Part shown: positions 27,069 to 36,708 of the stretch, piece by piece
Layout: every line of letters begins with the position of its first letter
Numbering within the stretch: position 1 is the stretch's first letter
NCBI GenBank assembly: GCA_965226095.1
Contig: OZ245336.1
Coordinates: 690,467-754,466, forward strand
DNA length: 64,000 nt
Direction of reading: 5' to 3'
Source of the DNA: Bdellovibrionales bacterium
Lineage (GTDB): Bacteria > Bdellovibrionota > Bdellovibrionia > Bdellovibrionales > UBA1609
The notes under the pieces: generated by a model
What the model was told of the DNA's origin: nothing
Databases searched by the model: none
The model's input: only the letters and a program-made list of their open reading frames with translations
Translations under genes and position numbers: made by a program

Positions 27069-27347
27069 ATGCGTTGGACGACTGCATTTTCAAATTATTT
27101 GGGGCATTTGCTTTTAAATGAATGGCAAAAACATCATGCAGTGGAGTTGAAAGTGGATCAAAAAGAAATTCTATCTAAAATTCACTCCATTATCAGTGAA
27201 GAATTAAATAAAGAAAAACAGTTGGACGAGGAAGTAAACCTCATGTTGGATAATTTGGAAAAAACACATTCTGAGTCATTTGAGAGATATAAAATGTATC
27301 CGCTTCTGAAAAAAAAATTAGCACAAAAGAAGGGAATTATTTTGTAA
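27069..27347 (+). CDS. DUF507-like small protein
   Basis: 92-aa helical ORF immediately upstream of, and similar in architecture to, the next ORF. The family call is from memory of the DUF507 pattern. Confidence 0.55.
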   Translation: MRWTTAFSNYLGHLLLNEWQKHHAVELKVDQKEILSKIHSIISEELNKEKQLDEEVNLMLDNLEKTHSESFERYKMYPLLKKKLAQKKGIIL

Positions 27348-27348
27348 G

Positions 27349-27621
27349 ATGTTGTCTCCTGATCGTCAATCTTATTGGGTGTTTCTTATCATCGATGAAC
27401 TTTTCAAAAGCAAGATGATTTCTTATACAAACAGGGATATAGTGATTCGCGCCGGTGGAAGAGCTATGCAGTTTTTTACTCGGCAGCATAATGAAATTGA
27501 GAAAAAAGTCAGACAAAAAATCAGTTCCTTAAAAAGAAATGTGAATGAGCATAGTTCAGAATGGCAGGTGCTCTATTGGAACTACTATGAAGAAGAGATA
27601 TCCCGCAGCCATCTCACTTAA
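27349..27621 (+). CDS. DUF507-like small protein
   Basis: 90 aa. The block KKVRQKISSLKRNVNEHSSEWQVLYWNYYEEE matches the conserved DUF507 C-terminal pattern as I recall it. It starts 1 nt after the previous stop. Confidence 0.6.
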   Translation: MLSPDRQSYWVFLIIDELFKSKMISYTNRDIVIRAGGRAMQFFTRQHNEIEKKVRQKISSLKRNVNEHSSEWQVLYWNYYEEEISRSHLT

Positions 27622-27636
27622 ATCCTTATTTAATTG

Positions 27637-27704
27637 CTTAGAGGGAGGGTCAGACTTTTTGAGACGCTTCGCTTGGACTCGGCAAAGCCTGACCTCCCTC
27701 TAAG
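27637..27704. repeat. Long imperfect inverted repeat (16-17 bp arms, 35-nt spacer)
   Basis: CTTAGAGGGAGGGTCAG (27637-27653) pairs with CTGACCTCCCTCTAAG (27689-27704) with one bulged base. It lies 16 nt after the DUF507 stop and no T-run follows. Confidence 0.7.
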
Positions 27705-27852
27705 GCATCTTCTCTAAGGGCCGGTAAAAGCCGGAAGTTTTAATAGAAGAGAACGGAGTATAATGTAATGTATGGCAACATATATTATTTATTGACTATT
27801 AAACGGAGAAATTTATAGAATTTTCTGTATAAATTAATGAAAGGTGTGAAAA

Positions 27853-29016
27853 ATGAAGAGTGTTTTTGGCTTACTTATTTCTTGTTTGACATTTTCTGCT
27901 AGTGCGATGGTCCTGGATTGGTCTGGTTCTTATGAAGCCGAGATGTTTTTTCTACAGCAAGGCCAGGATAGCTGGGAGGCTAGCACTACGCATAATTTAC
28001 GTTTAAAACCGGACATCAAAGTATTTGATGGTTTGCGTGTACGTTCCTGGTTTCAATTATCTTCATTGTCATCTGGTAAAGATGTTTCTAAATTAAAATT
28101 TTATCCTCAAGCTGGTCCTAAGTTTCGATCTAGTAAAGGTGATTCCCTACCTGTGAGTTTGAAAGTCAGAGATCTTTATATGGAATGGTCTCATTCTTTT
28201 GGTTTGCTTCAATTTGGTTGGAAGCCTCATCATTTTGGAACGGGAATGTACTACAATGATAGTTCTGAACTGTTTGATCCGGTTTATAATTTGGAAGGCA
28301 GTCGAGGAATGATTTCCTGGAAAGGAATATTAGATTCTTATTATATTCAACCAATGGTGCACTATGTAGACTCTTTATTTTTTAATGCCTTTATTCAAGG
28401 AGGTTGGATAAAAGAAAAATATGGAGTAGAGGGAATTTATAAGAGAGCTGGAGCAGGGATGACAGATACTGAAATACAGGGACAAGATTATATAGGGCTT
28501 TATGCTTATTTGAAGATGGGTTCTTTTAATGTGGCATTAGAGGGAGGAAATTCAGTTGGAAGCTATGGCGCGGCTTTAGATCTGGATTGGCAAAGTCCTT
28601 GGAAAAAACTGGCTGTGGGTTTGGATGTAGCCTTGAGTACTTCCAGTGATCAGGATGCATTTTATTTTGATCCCAATTTTTCTTCCGGAACTTCTTTGGC
28701 AATTGGGTTATATGAGGGATTTAAAACCGAAACCGATGCAGAGTATTTGAAAGAATACGGCGGGTATTCTTTTCACAATGCTGTGTTGGTTAAACCTTCT
28801 GTAGTTTTTTCTTTATCAAAGTCTATCACATTGGTAGGATCTTTTTTAGCTCAAGCTTCTTATTCTGATATGTCTGCCTTCACCTACGGAGCTGAAGCAA
28901 TTATTGGTTACAAGTTGGATAAAGGACTGGAATGGAACACAGGAGTAAGTGTTGCATTTCCGGTAAATGATAATTTTCAAATAGGAGCACTTACTCAAGT
29001 CGCCATTATTTTTTAA
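27853..29016 (+). CDS. Putative outer-membrane beta-barrel protein
   Basis: 387 aa. Signal peptide MKSVFGLLISCLTFSASA, alternating-hydrophobicity strands rich in G/Y/S, and a C-terminal ...QVAIIF ending in Phe. I recognise no family. Confidence 0.55.
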   Translation: MKSVFGLLISCLTFSASAMVLDWSGSYEAEMFFLQQGQDSWEASTTHNLRLKPDIKVFDGLRVRSWFQLSSLSSGKDVSKLKFYPQAGPKFRSSKGDSLPVSLKVRDLYMEWSHSFGLLQFGWKPHHFGTGMYYNDSSELFDPVYNLEGSRGMISWKGILDSYYIQPMVHYVDSLFFNAFIQGGWIKEKYGVEGIYKRAGAGMTDTEIQGQDYIGLYAYLKMGSFNVALEGGNSVGSYGAALDLDWQSPWKKLAVGLDVALSTSSDQDAFYFDPNFSSGTSLAIGLYEGFKTETDAEYLKEYGGYSFHNAVLVKPSVVFSLSKSITLVGSFLAQASYSDMSAFTYGAEAIIGYKLDKGLEWNTGVSVAFPVNDNFQIGALTQVAIIF

Positions 29017-29095
29017 GTCAGCCAGAATTTCATCATCTTTCATCATCATCTTTGACAAGCATTTGACTAATGGCGGCTTAAGTAAGTGCTCCTAT

Positions 29096-31423
29096 TTATA
29101 TTTGGTTTCTCTCAGCTAAATCCTTATAAGCTTGTATTTTCAGGCAGGTCATTACAATCATATTAGCTACCTCTTCTGCTGTGGTTCCCGTTCTTTGTAC
29201 AATGTTAGCAGGTTTTTTCACGCCCATTAAAAACGGCCCCAGTACTTCTCCAGATCCCAACTGCTGAACCAGTTTATAAGCAATATTACCGGAATCCAGG
29301 TTTGGAAAAATGAGTACATTCGCGCCAGATTTAATTTTACACTCCGGAAAAATATTTTTTACAATATCAGGATTCACTGCTGTGTCTGCCTGCATTTCTC
29401 CATCAACTATCCACTCCGGATACCATTTTTTAACCAGCTTTGTAGCTTGACTCATTTTTTTTGGATTTTCCTGTCGACCGATAAAATTGGAAAAACTGAG
29501 CATAGCTACTTTTGGTGTGACACCTAAGCCTTGTGCCACCCGAGATGTGTGGACAGCTATATTGGCAATGTCTTCAGCTGAAGGGTTGATATTGACTGTT
29601 GTATCAGCAAAAAACAACAGTTTGTCTTTCACCATAACAATATTCATTCCGGAGGCAATTTTTCTTTTTCCAGTGCCAATGATTTGTAAAACAGGTCGAA
29701 TACTCTCTACATAATTTTGTGTGGAACCAGTAATGAGAGCATCTGCATGATTTAATTGAACCATCATGGAACCAAAGTAATTGGAATCTTTCATTAATTG
29801 AGTGGCTTCTTTTTTTAAAATTCCTTTTCTCTTTTTCATTTCATAAAACGTTTTTATATAATCATCAATTCGTGAATCCTCTCCTGGATTGATAATTGTT
29901 ATGTGATCCATATTATCCAAATCCATCTCTTTAATCAGGTTTTTTATTTCCTGAGGATCACCTAGCAGTACAGGTTGAAATAATTCTTCTTCGTAAAGTG
30001 TATTGATGGCTTTCAGAATTCTCTTACTGTTTCCTTCGGGGAAAACAATTTTAGGTTGAGGCCAGACTTTGATTCGATTTTTTCTTTTTACTTTGTTGAT
30101 AGTTTCACGAATAAAACCATATTTTCTACCTTGAAAACTGGCCAGTTTTTGTTTGTACTTTTCAAAGTCAGTAATTTTTTTTTGAGCTACTCCGGAATCC
30201 ATAGCGGCTTTAGCGACGGCCGGAGCCACTGTAGTAAGCACTCGACGATCAAAAGGCTTTGGTAGAATATAGTTGGGACCAAAATGAAAAACTTCATCCT
30301 GGTAGGCTCTTGAAACGCTGTCTGGTACATCTTCTCTAGCCAGTTCAGCCAAGGCAAACACAGCGGCTTTTTTCATTTCCTCATTGATATGAGTCGCTTG
30401 TACATCCAAAGCACCTCTGAAAATGGAAGGAAATCCTAAGACATTATTGACCTGATTAGGGTAATCACTTCTGCCGGTGGCCATGATCACATCAGGCACT
30501 GCTTGTTTGGCTATTTCCGGTAAAATTTCAGGATCCGGATTAGCCATTGCAAATACAATAGGTTGAGAGTTCATACTTTTTAACATTTCCGGTGTGAAAG
30601 TGTTTTTTACGGAAAGGCCGATAAATACATCTGCTTTTTTTATTGCGTCTGCCAGGTTTTTTTTATCTGTTGAGCGCATAAATTCTTTTTTATAAATATT
30701 AATCTCTTTTGCTCTTCCATCGTGAATAACCCCTTTTGAATCACACATAATGATATTTTTCTTTTGTACTCCTAGGCTCACCAGCAGGCGGGCACAGGCA
30801 ATGGCGGCAGCCCCTGCTCCATTAAATACCACTTTAATATCTGAAAACTTTTTGTTTCGAATGTGACAAGCATTGAGAAGAGATGCGGCTGTTATAATAG
30901 CTGTACCATGTTGATCATCGTGGAAAACAGGAATGTTTAATTTTTCTTCCAACTGTTTTTCAATTTCAAAACATTCGGGAGCGGCAATGTCTTCTAAGTT
31001 AATTCCTCCAAAGGTGGGTTCCAGGGCTTTGCAAACAGTAATAAACTCTTCTGTTGTTTGAGTGTTCAGTTCAATATCAAACACATTAATTCCGGCAAAT
31101 TGTTTAAATAGAATTCCTTTTCCCTCCATGACTGGTTTGGCGGCCAATGGCCCGATATTTCCCAGGCCTAAAACAGCGCTTCCATTGCTGATAACAGCCA
31201 CTAGGTTGCCTTTAATCGTGTAATTAAAAACTTCTTCTGGATTGTTAGCAATTTCCAAACAAGGGGCCGCTACACCTGGGCTATAAGCTAATGAAAGTTC
31301 ATCATCTGTATCCACTGGTTTACTGGGCTGAACAGTAATTTTACCTTTAGGTTCTGCCTTATGAAAATCCAAAGCTTTTTTATAAATTTTTGTTGTCTTA
31401 TTATTCTTTTTCATTTCTTCCAT
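29096..31423 (-). CDS. maeB: NADP-dependent malic enzyme with C-terminal phosphotransacetylase-like domain
   Basis: 775 aa. [36 protein letters not shown], then a PTA-like C-terminal half. This is the typical MaeB architecture. Confidence 0.93.
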   Translation of the reverse strand: MEEMKKNNKTTKIYKKALDFHKAEPKGKITVQPSKPVDTDDELSLAYSPGVAAPCLEIANNPEEVFNYTIKGNLVAVISNGSAVLGLGNIGPLAAKPVMEGKGILFKQFAGINVFDIELNTQTTEEFITVCKALEPTFGGINLEDIAAPECFEIEKQLEEKLNIPVFHDDQHGTAIITAASLLNACHIRNKKFSDIKVVFNGAGAAAIACARLLVSLGVQKKNIIMCDSKGVIHDGRAKEINIYKKEFMRSTDKKNLADAIKKADVFIGLSVKNTFTPEMLKSMNSQPIVFAMANPDPEILPEIAKQAVPDVIMATGRSDYPNQVNNVLGFPSIFRGALDVQATHINEEMKKAAVFALAELAREDVPDSVSRAYQDEVFHFGPNYILPKPFDRRVLTTVAPAVAKAAMDSGVAQKKITDFEKYKQKLASFQGRKYGFIRETINKVKRKNRIKVWPQPKIVFPEGNSKRILKAINTLYEEELFQPVLLGDPQEIKNLIKEMDLDNMDHITIINPGEDSRIDDYIKTFYEMKKRKGILKKEATQLMKDSNYFGSMMVQLNHADALITGSTQNYVESIRPVLQIIGTGKRKIASGMNIVMVKDKLLFFADTTVNINPSAEDIANIAVHTSRVAQGLGVTPKVAMLSFSNFIGRQENPKKMSQATKLVKKWYPEWIVDGEMQADTAVNPDIVKNIFPECKIKSGANVLIFPNLDSGNIAYKLVQQLGSGEVLGPFLMGVKKPANIVQRTGTTAEEVANMIVMTCLKIQAYKDLAERNQI

Positions 31424-31712
31424 TCATATTTGTTTCAAAAATTAAAATTTTTATATAAAAAAAGGAGAGTAAAACTTTTTAATTATTGTCTAAAATTCCC
31501 CTAGACATTGGTCCTATAACATAACTCTATTTAGGGCTTTTGAAAACTGTTTATACCTGCAAATCAGGGGAAAAGCTTAAATAGGGCTTTTTTTAATCAA
31601 AATTCTTTGTTAAAATTTTTTATTGATGAAAGTTTTATAAAAGTTTTCAGGAATTAAGATAGGCTGATAAATTTTTATGTGTGTCTTGTAAATAAAGTAG
31701 TGAGGTGTAAAG

Positions 31713-32477
31713 GTGAGAATAATTGTAATAGGATTTCTTTTTTTAACGATTTTGTCTTTGTTTTTTAATTGTAAGGGAACAACTACTAATCCCAGTTCCA
31801 GTGATATTAATATTACTGTTACTCCAGATGGTGGTCTTCAACCTACAAATGCTGATTCCACTCCATCGACTCCACCAACAGGTTATGAGCAACCTACCGC
31901 TTGTGTGGATGTAGAGGGTGGCGATTGGGGAGGCATTACCTGTGCCAGTAGTTCCAATAGAGATCAAAGCTTCAGAGAATTTTTGTCATCCGGTACTCTG
32001 ATTACAGGAAGAACAGATAATCTTGGACCTTTAGGGGAAATTAGTTGTCAACCTGGTAATTCCGGTGGTGTCTTGTTTAAAATTACTGCTCCTGTAAATG
32101 GAAATTTTAATCCGGCTGGTGGAAATCCTGATTTAATAATGCAATCTTCCGGAGCTCAATTACATCTTCATGTTATTCATAAACCAGTCAACGAAGGTCA
32201 AGAAAGTGTTTTTGATGGGCCCATCACTGCTCAAATCCAGGGAGTTAATGGTAATGTAAACGGCAACACAGCGACTTTAATCTTTGAAGATGACAAAGGA
32301 AGTGTGACCTTTAAGGGAAACTTTAATGTTAATTGGTATCAGGGGACGGTTCGATACGATAATAATGTAAAAAAATGTTCAAGCTATGATAGTAACTGCA
32401 ATAAATTTGCTGGTGCAAAAGGCACTTTGGGACAATTTCGTATCCCTACCTGTAAAGTTTTCTTTTCTTTACAATAA
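31713..32477 (+). CDS. Hypothetical lipoprotein
   Basis: 254 aa. GTG start 5 nt after GAGGTG. Lipobox-like LSLFFNC followed by a Thr/Ser/Pro-rich linker. Contains several Cys and an NGN-rich segment. Confidence 0.55.
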   Translation: MRIIVIGFLFLTILSLFFNCKGTTTNPSSSDINITVTPDGGLQPTNADSTPSTPPTGYEQPTACVDVEGGDWGGITCASSSNRDQSFREFLSSGTLITGRTDNLGPLGEISCQPGNSGGVLFKITAPVNGNFNPAGGNPDLIMQSSGAQLHLHVIHKPVNEGQESVFDGPITAQIQGVNGNVNGNTATLIFEDDKGSVTFKGNFNVNWYQGTVRYDNNVKKCSSYDSNCNKFAGAKGTLGQFRIPTCKVFFSLQ

Positions 32478-32585
32478 GTTTTTTTATTTTTCAGTATAGT
32501 TCTTAAAAAGAACATATGTTTTTTATTTTTCTAATTTTAAACTTCAATAGACTTAACAAATATAATGTTTTAAAAATAAAAAACT

Positions 32586-34037
32586 ATGAGTTATCATCTA
32601 AAAATATTTCGCAAAAATGATATTCGCGGACTTTATAAAATAGATTTTGATTTGAAATTTGTTCGTCAGTTGGCACAGGCATTTCTCATTTACAGTCGTG
32701 AAAAAACAGGTACCAATCAGGATTTAAAAATAGCTTTAGGTCATGATTGCCGTTTAAGCAGTCCTGAAATTGCTCAATGTATGGCAGAGGCGTTAACCTC
32801 TCAGGAGGTACAGATTTGTTTTTTAGGAATGGTTCCCAGTCCGCTTTGTTTTTTTGCTTCTCATTTTTTCTCTGATATAGAGGCTTCCATTATGGTCACG
32901 GCCAGCCACAACCCGGCCGAATACAATGGTTTTAAATTTCAATTAAACAAGGAAAGTATTTCTGATCAGGAGTTATTGGTTATTCGTGATATTTGTGAAA
33001 ATCAAACACCTATGCAGGAATCTCATGAGGCACAGATTGAAAAAAAACAAAAAATCATCGAAAAAAGTAAACTGAAGAAAAAATTAATCACTCAGCATTC
33101 GGTAGAAACCAATTATATCAATTTACTAGAAGAAAAATTTTCTTCTATCACAGCCAAGCAGGTGATAAAAAAAATAGCTGTGGATTGTGGTAATGGAGCC
33201 AGTGGTCCTTTGGTGAGAAAGGTGTGTGAATCTTTAAATCTACCAGTTTGTTATTTGTATGATAAACCGGATGGACATTTCCCCAATCATCATCCGGATC
33301 CTTCTTTAGAGGAAAATTTAAAAGATTTAAAAAAAGTAGTGGTGGAACAAAACTGTGATCTTGGTGCCGCTTTTGATGGAGATGGTGACAGGTTGGTAGT
33401 GGTGGATAAAACTGGCAGAACTCTGCATGGAGATGAACTCATGGCGATTTTTATTGCTGACATGATGGAACACTCAGCACAGAAGTTAAAGACAGTTGTT
33501 GTGGATGTGAAGTGTGCGGATTGGTTTTTTGAGTTTTTGAAAAAAAATAATGTAAAAACGATTTTATGGAAATCAGGACATGCTTTGATCCGGCAAAAAA
33601 CTTTGCAGGAAAAAGCGGACTTTGGCGGAGAATTGAGTGGTCATTTCTTTTTTCAGGATGATTTTTTTCCTATAGATGATGGTTTATACACTTTGCTGAG
33701 GTTGATAAAAATTATTTCTGAGAGTGAAAAATCCTTGGAAGTTCTCATTCCAAAAAGAAACAGTATAGAAACTTATGAAATAAGGATTCCGATTGAGGAC
33801 AAAGATCAAGCCATAGCAGGGGTACAAAGTATAAGGGAATATTATAGTCATCAGCCTTTGGCCAGGTGTTCATTTATAGATGGAATAAGAGTGAGTTTGG
33901 AAAACTCCTGGGGATTGGTGCGTTTTTCCAATACACAAAGTGAAATGACTTTACGTTTTGGCGGTAAAACAAAATCAGATTTACAGAGTATTCAAAGAAC
34001 TTTTTATGAGTTATTAGATATTTCTAAGAATATGTAG
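32586..34037 (+). CDS. Phosphomannomutase/phosphoglucomutase
   Basis: Phosphoserine loop TASHNPAEYNGFK, Mg site FDGDGDR, and sugar loop GELSGH. Confidence 0.9.
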   Translation: MSYHLKIFRKNDIRGLYKIDFDLKFVRQLAQAFLIYSREKTGTNQDLKIALGHDCRLSSPEIAQCMAEALTSQEVQICFLGMVPSPLCFFASHFFSDIEASIMVTASHNPAEYNGFKFQLNKESISDQELLVIRDICENQTPMQESHEAQIEKKQKIIEKSKLKKKLITQHSVETNYINLLEEKFSSITAKQVIKKIAVDCGNGASGPLVRKVCESLNLPVCYLYDKPDGHFPNHHPDPSLEENLKDLKKVVVEQNCDLGAAFDGDGDRLVVVDKTGRTLHGDELMAIFIADMMEHSAQKLKTVVVDVKCADWFFEFLKKNNVKTILWKSGHALIRQKTLQEKADFGGELSGHFFFQDDFFPIDDGLYTLLRLIKIISESEKSLEVLIPKRNSIETYEIRIPIEDKDQAIAGVQSIREYYSHQPLARCSFIDGIRVSLENSWGLVRFSNTQSEMTLRFGGKTKSDLQSIQRTFYELLDISKNM

Positions 34038-34040
34038 TCA

Positions 34041-34068
34041 TTCCTGCGAACGCAGGGAGCTAGTTTTT
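34041..34068 (+). terminator. Putative rho-independent terminator between convergent genes
   Basis: TTCCTGC-GAAC-GCAGGGA hairpin (about 7 bp including one G-U pair) followed by the T-run TTTTT (34064-34068). It starts 4 nt after the PMM stop. The motif GTCATTCCTGCG resembles the TCGTCATCC flanks of the repeat at 15.2 kb. Confidence 0.5.
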
Positions 34069-35262
34069 CTATAATTGTTGGCAGGCGGCGGCAGGCCATT
34101 TGTGAGTATCTTCTGTGATTCCTAATTGGTCTGTGATGTGTCTTTCCACTCTGCTATCATTGATAATTTCTGCAATTTTTGCGCGATCCTCATTATCATC
34201 ATCCTCTGTGCCAGCAAGGCAATATGTTCCTAAAATACAGATATCCTCTGTAGTCCATAAATCAATGAAAGGGATATTAGGTAAAATGTTGAAATCATCT
34301 TTGTTTTTAGCTTCACAAATTTCTTTAATGATCACTTCTTCATGAATAAAGTTAAAAAATTTTGCATTGGTGGAAATATCATGATTCAAAATGTAAAAAA
34401 TAGTTTTTCTACCATCTATTTCTTTTTCAGTCAGTCCATCCAGGAGATCTGGTGGATCAATAAAGTCACTTACTGTACATGAATTATGTAATAAAGATAA
34501 TGAATGAACGATGGCATCCTTAAATGCCTTTTTTTGTGTGTTCGTTTTAAGTGTGAAAACAGGTTCATACAATCGATCTAATGTTTTTGGAGGAATTCTA
34601 AACTCGCAAGGATTGGCTAGAGTATTTTCAAAACAAAAATCATCTTCATCTGCTTTCAGTGCACAATAAAATAAATTTTTTAAAATCAATAAATCTTCGT
34701 CATGTCTTTCCAGGTATTCTGTTAGCCAGGGACTTTCACTCATCCATTTTAATGTGCTTCTGGCTCCTTTCACATCATATCCCTTTTGTCGGTAATAGTT
34801 GTCAGTTTTACATGAGCTAGATAAATCATCAACTGGGACACCTTCGCAATCATCTGTATCTTTTCTACCAGCTTCAAAACCGGAAATGGCATCCAACCAT
34901 AAAATAGGACCAAATTTTAAAAAATTATCTATCTCTTCAATTTCAACTTCTTCCAGTTTGCGCTCACTTCCCAAGGCTAAAAGATTATAAGTATCTCTTA
35001 ATCTTTGTGCTTCTGATTGAGAAAGAGCATAGCAGTCTTTTTGATCAGAAAGATGTTTTAGCATGGAATCACATAGCTTAATGCAATCATTACTGTCATA
35101 GCAGGCGGTGCTAGCTTGCAATCTGCCACTTGGGTTGTGGTACTCTCCATCCGTGGTACTACTGAATACGGAAGAGACATCACAGCCGGAGAGTGCGAGC
35201 CATCCTGGGATAATAAGTATTGGTAGAATAATTAAATTTATTTTTTCATTGTGGTAACTCAC
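34069..35262 (-). CDS. Hypothetical acidic lipoprotein (paralog of 35379..36197)
   Basis: 397 aa. Lipobox LALSGC. Cys motif CYDSNDCIKLCDSML...DCYALS and C-terminal ICILGTYCLAG, both shared with the neighbouring ORF. Confidence 0.6.
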   Translation of the reverse strand: MSYHNEKINLIILPILIIPGWLALSGCDVSSVFSSTTDGEYHNPSGRLQASTACYDSNDCIKLCDSMLKHLSDQKDCYALSQSEAQRLRDTYNLLALGSERKLEEVEIEEIDNFLKFGPILWLDAISGFEAGRKDTDDCEGVPVDDLSSSCKTDNYYRQKGYDVKGARSTLKWMSESPWLTEYLERHDEDLLILKNLFYCALKADEDDFCFENTLANPCEFRIPPKTLDRLYEPVFTLKTNTQKKAFKDAIVHSLSLLHNSCTVSDFIDPPDLLDGLTEKEIDGRKTIFYILNHDISTNAKFFNFIHEEVIIKEICEAKNKDDFNILPNIPFIDLWTTEDICILGTYCLAGTEDDDNEDRAKIAEIINDSRVERHITDQLGITEDTHKWPAAACQQL

Positions 35263-35378
35263 TAAAATCCTGTGGTCGACAACTTAGTGTATCGTCGTTT
35301 CCATCTCTATAAGTGTCAATTGTGCCAATATATCGTTGAACATCCTCATTAAGAAAAAAATCCGCCAAAGTAGTATTA

Positions 35379-36197
35379 TCAGAGTCTTCCTAATAGGCAG
35401 TAAAAACCTCTGATACATTCTGCTTCACGATTATTGTTGTTATCAGAAAAGATCTCCACTAATATTTCATGTCCCAATGAAAAGAGTTCAATATTATTTT
35501 CTTCTTCCGCTTTTAAGAAGAAATTTTCTACATTATAATTATTGAGGAGTGCAAAGAATAGATTACTTTCTCCTCTTGCACATTTATCTGTAATATCAAT
35601 AATGGATGGAGTAGTAATATTTACTATGCAATCTTTAATCTCACATCTGGCCACCAATAATTCTTTTAAAACTTTATTGTTATCATCTTCTTCATTTAAC
35701 ACATCAGCCACTGCTTCATTTTCTATCATCCAATTAAAGATGTTTTCAATTTTAACTGCTTCTTCATTATCTTCCAGTGTTTCAATCACTTTATCTGTAA
35801 AACCATCCACTCCATTTTCCAAATATTCTTCGAATATATCACTATCAATATCATCCAGTTCTTCTTCATCTGCTTCTAGTAGAACATGAAATAAATCATC
35901 CAGATCGGCGACTGCGCCAATACTAAGATCGTAGCAATCTGTATAACTTTTGCTTTTCTCGTAAATTTCTTCACAAGTTTCTTCACACCTGCTATTGCCT
36001 TCGCAAACCCTATCGTATAAATCAGTTCTGTTTTCACTACCGCGAAGTGATAAATGTGGTGTATCGCCGGAGCTATCCAGACTGCCTATGAAGTTTTCCA
36101 AATTAAAGAAACCGCATGAGGGTAAAATAGATGTAAACAAACAAAATCCCATTGTTGAAATCACTAAGTAAAGTACATGTTTATTCATATTTTTCAA
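35379..36197 (-). CDS. Hypothetical acidic lipoprotein (paralog of 34069..35262)
   Basis: 272 aa. Lipobox ILPSCG. Cys motif VCEGNSRCEETCEEIY...DCYDLS and C-terminal CIRGFYCLLG. Very Asp/Glu-rich. Confidence 0.6.
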   Translation of the reverse strand: MKNMNKHVLYLVISTMGFCLFTSILPSCGFFNLENFIGSLDSSGDTPHLSLRGSENRTDLYDRVCEGNSRCEETCEEIYEKSKSYTDCYDLSIGAVADLDDLFHVLLEADEEELDDIDSDIFEEYLENGVDGFTDKVIETLEDNEEAVKIENIFNWMIENEAVADVLNEEDDNNKVLKELLVARCEIKDCIVNITTPSIIDITDKCARGESNLFFALLNNYNVENFFLKAEEENNIELFSLGHEILVEIFSDNNNNREAECIRGFYCLLGRL

Positions 36198-36477
36198 GAC
36201 CTCATATATCTTTTAAAAATTTTGGAGTGGCTCACAAGTTGTTTATATTGGTGTAAAGCTCACCTAATAACTATGTCGGTAAAAGATAAGGGGGAATTTA
36301 AAAAACTTAGGACTAAAGTAATTTCAGGACCTAAGCCGGTAAATAGGTGGTTGTTATTCCCTTGAGTGAAAGATTTTAGAAAGTTTTCAGTTATACAATG
36401 GATCATTGAGTACTTAAAGGGATGATAGATAGTCGATCCTGAAAAAAGAACTTTACCCAATTCAAAGTTTGCAAAAA

Positions 36478-36561
36478 AGACTCAAAATGAGTTCGGCTTT
36501 GAACTTGAGAGCAACTCAAGAGTTGCTCTGTGGCAAAACGCATGTTTGAACTTTTGAGTCT
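36478..36561. other. Nested stem-loop element in the lipoprotein/gor intergenic region
   Basis: Outer 10-bp stem AGACTCAAAA (36478-36487) with TTTTGAGTCT (36552-36561). It encloses a perfect 9-bp hairpin AGAGCAACT-CAAG-AGTTGCTCT (36508-36529). Confidence 0.6.
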
Positions 36562-36569
36562 AGGATAAA

Positions 36570-36596
36570 CTTGAAAGTCTCTTGGGGACTTTCAAG
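36570..36596. repeat. Palindromic intergenic repeat, copy B
   Basis: CTTGAAAGTC-TCTTGGG-GACTTTCAAG has the same loop and arms as copy A, but with one A/T pair removed symmetrically from each arm. Confidence 0.8.
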
Positions 36597-36708
36597 AGGC
36601 TTTGAATGATTATCTATTTTTCCTGGTTTAGCTTTTTTTCTATGACAGAATTATATTCTTATTTTATAGTGGTTTTATTAAGGATTATTGACTAAAAAGA
36701 AGAGAGAT

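Noticed and set aside
27663-27674. The 12-mer GACGCTTCGCTT is shared between the 27.6-kb hairpin spacer and the gap upstream of gspF (55311-55322).
   Set aside because: A single 12-mer match is expected by chance in a window of this size, and the flanks do not align.
31529-31595. TAGGGCTTTT occurs twice 50 bp apart, with a weak AAAAGC/GCTTTT hairpin plus T-run. This could be an orphan terminator or a small RNA between maeB and the lipoprotein gene.
   Set aside because: The stem is only 6 bp and AT-rich, and the promoter candidates are indistinguishable from background AT-rich sequence.
35542-35889. 115-aa Ser-rich ORF on the + strand.
   Set aside because: It is antisense to the Asp/Glu-rich lipoprotein gene. 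The GAA/GAT codon runs read as Ser/Ile/Phe on the other strand.
36177-36460. Two ~60-aa ORFs (36177..36365 + and 36260..36460 -) in the lipoprotein/gor gap.
   Set aside because: They overlap each other, have no RBS and no recognisable motifs. The region is better explained as a regulatory or repeat-containing intergenic region.
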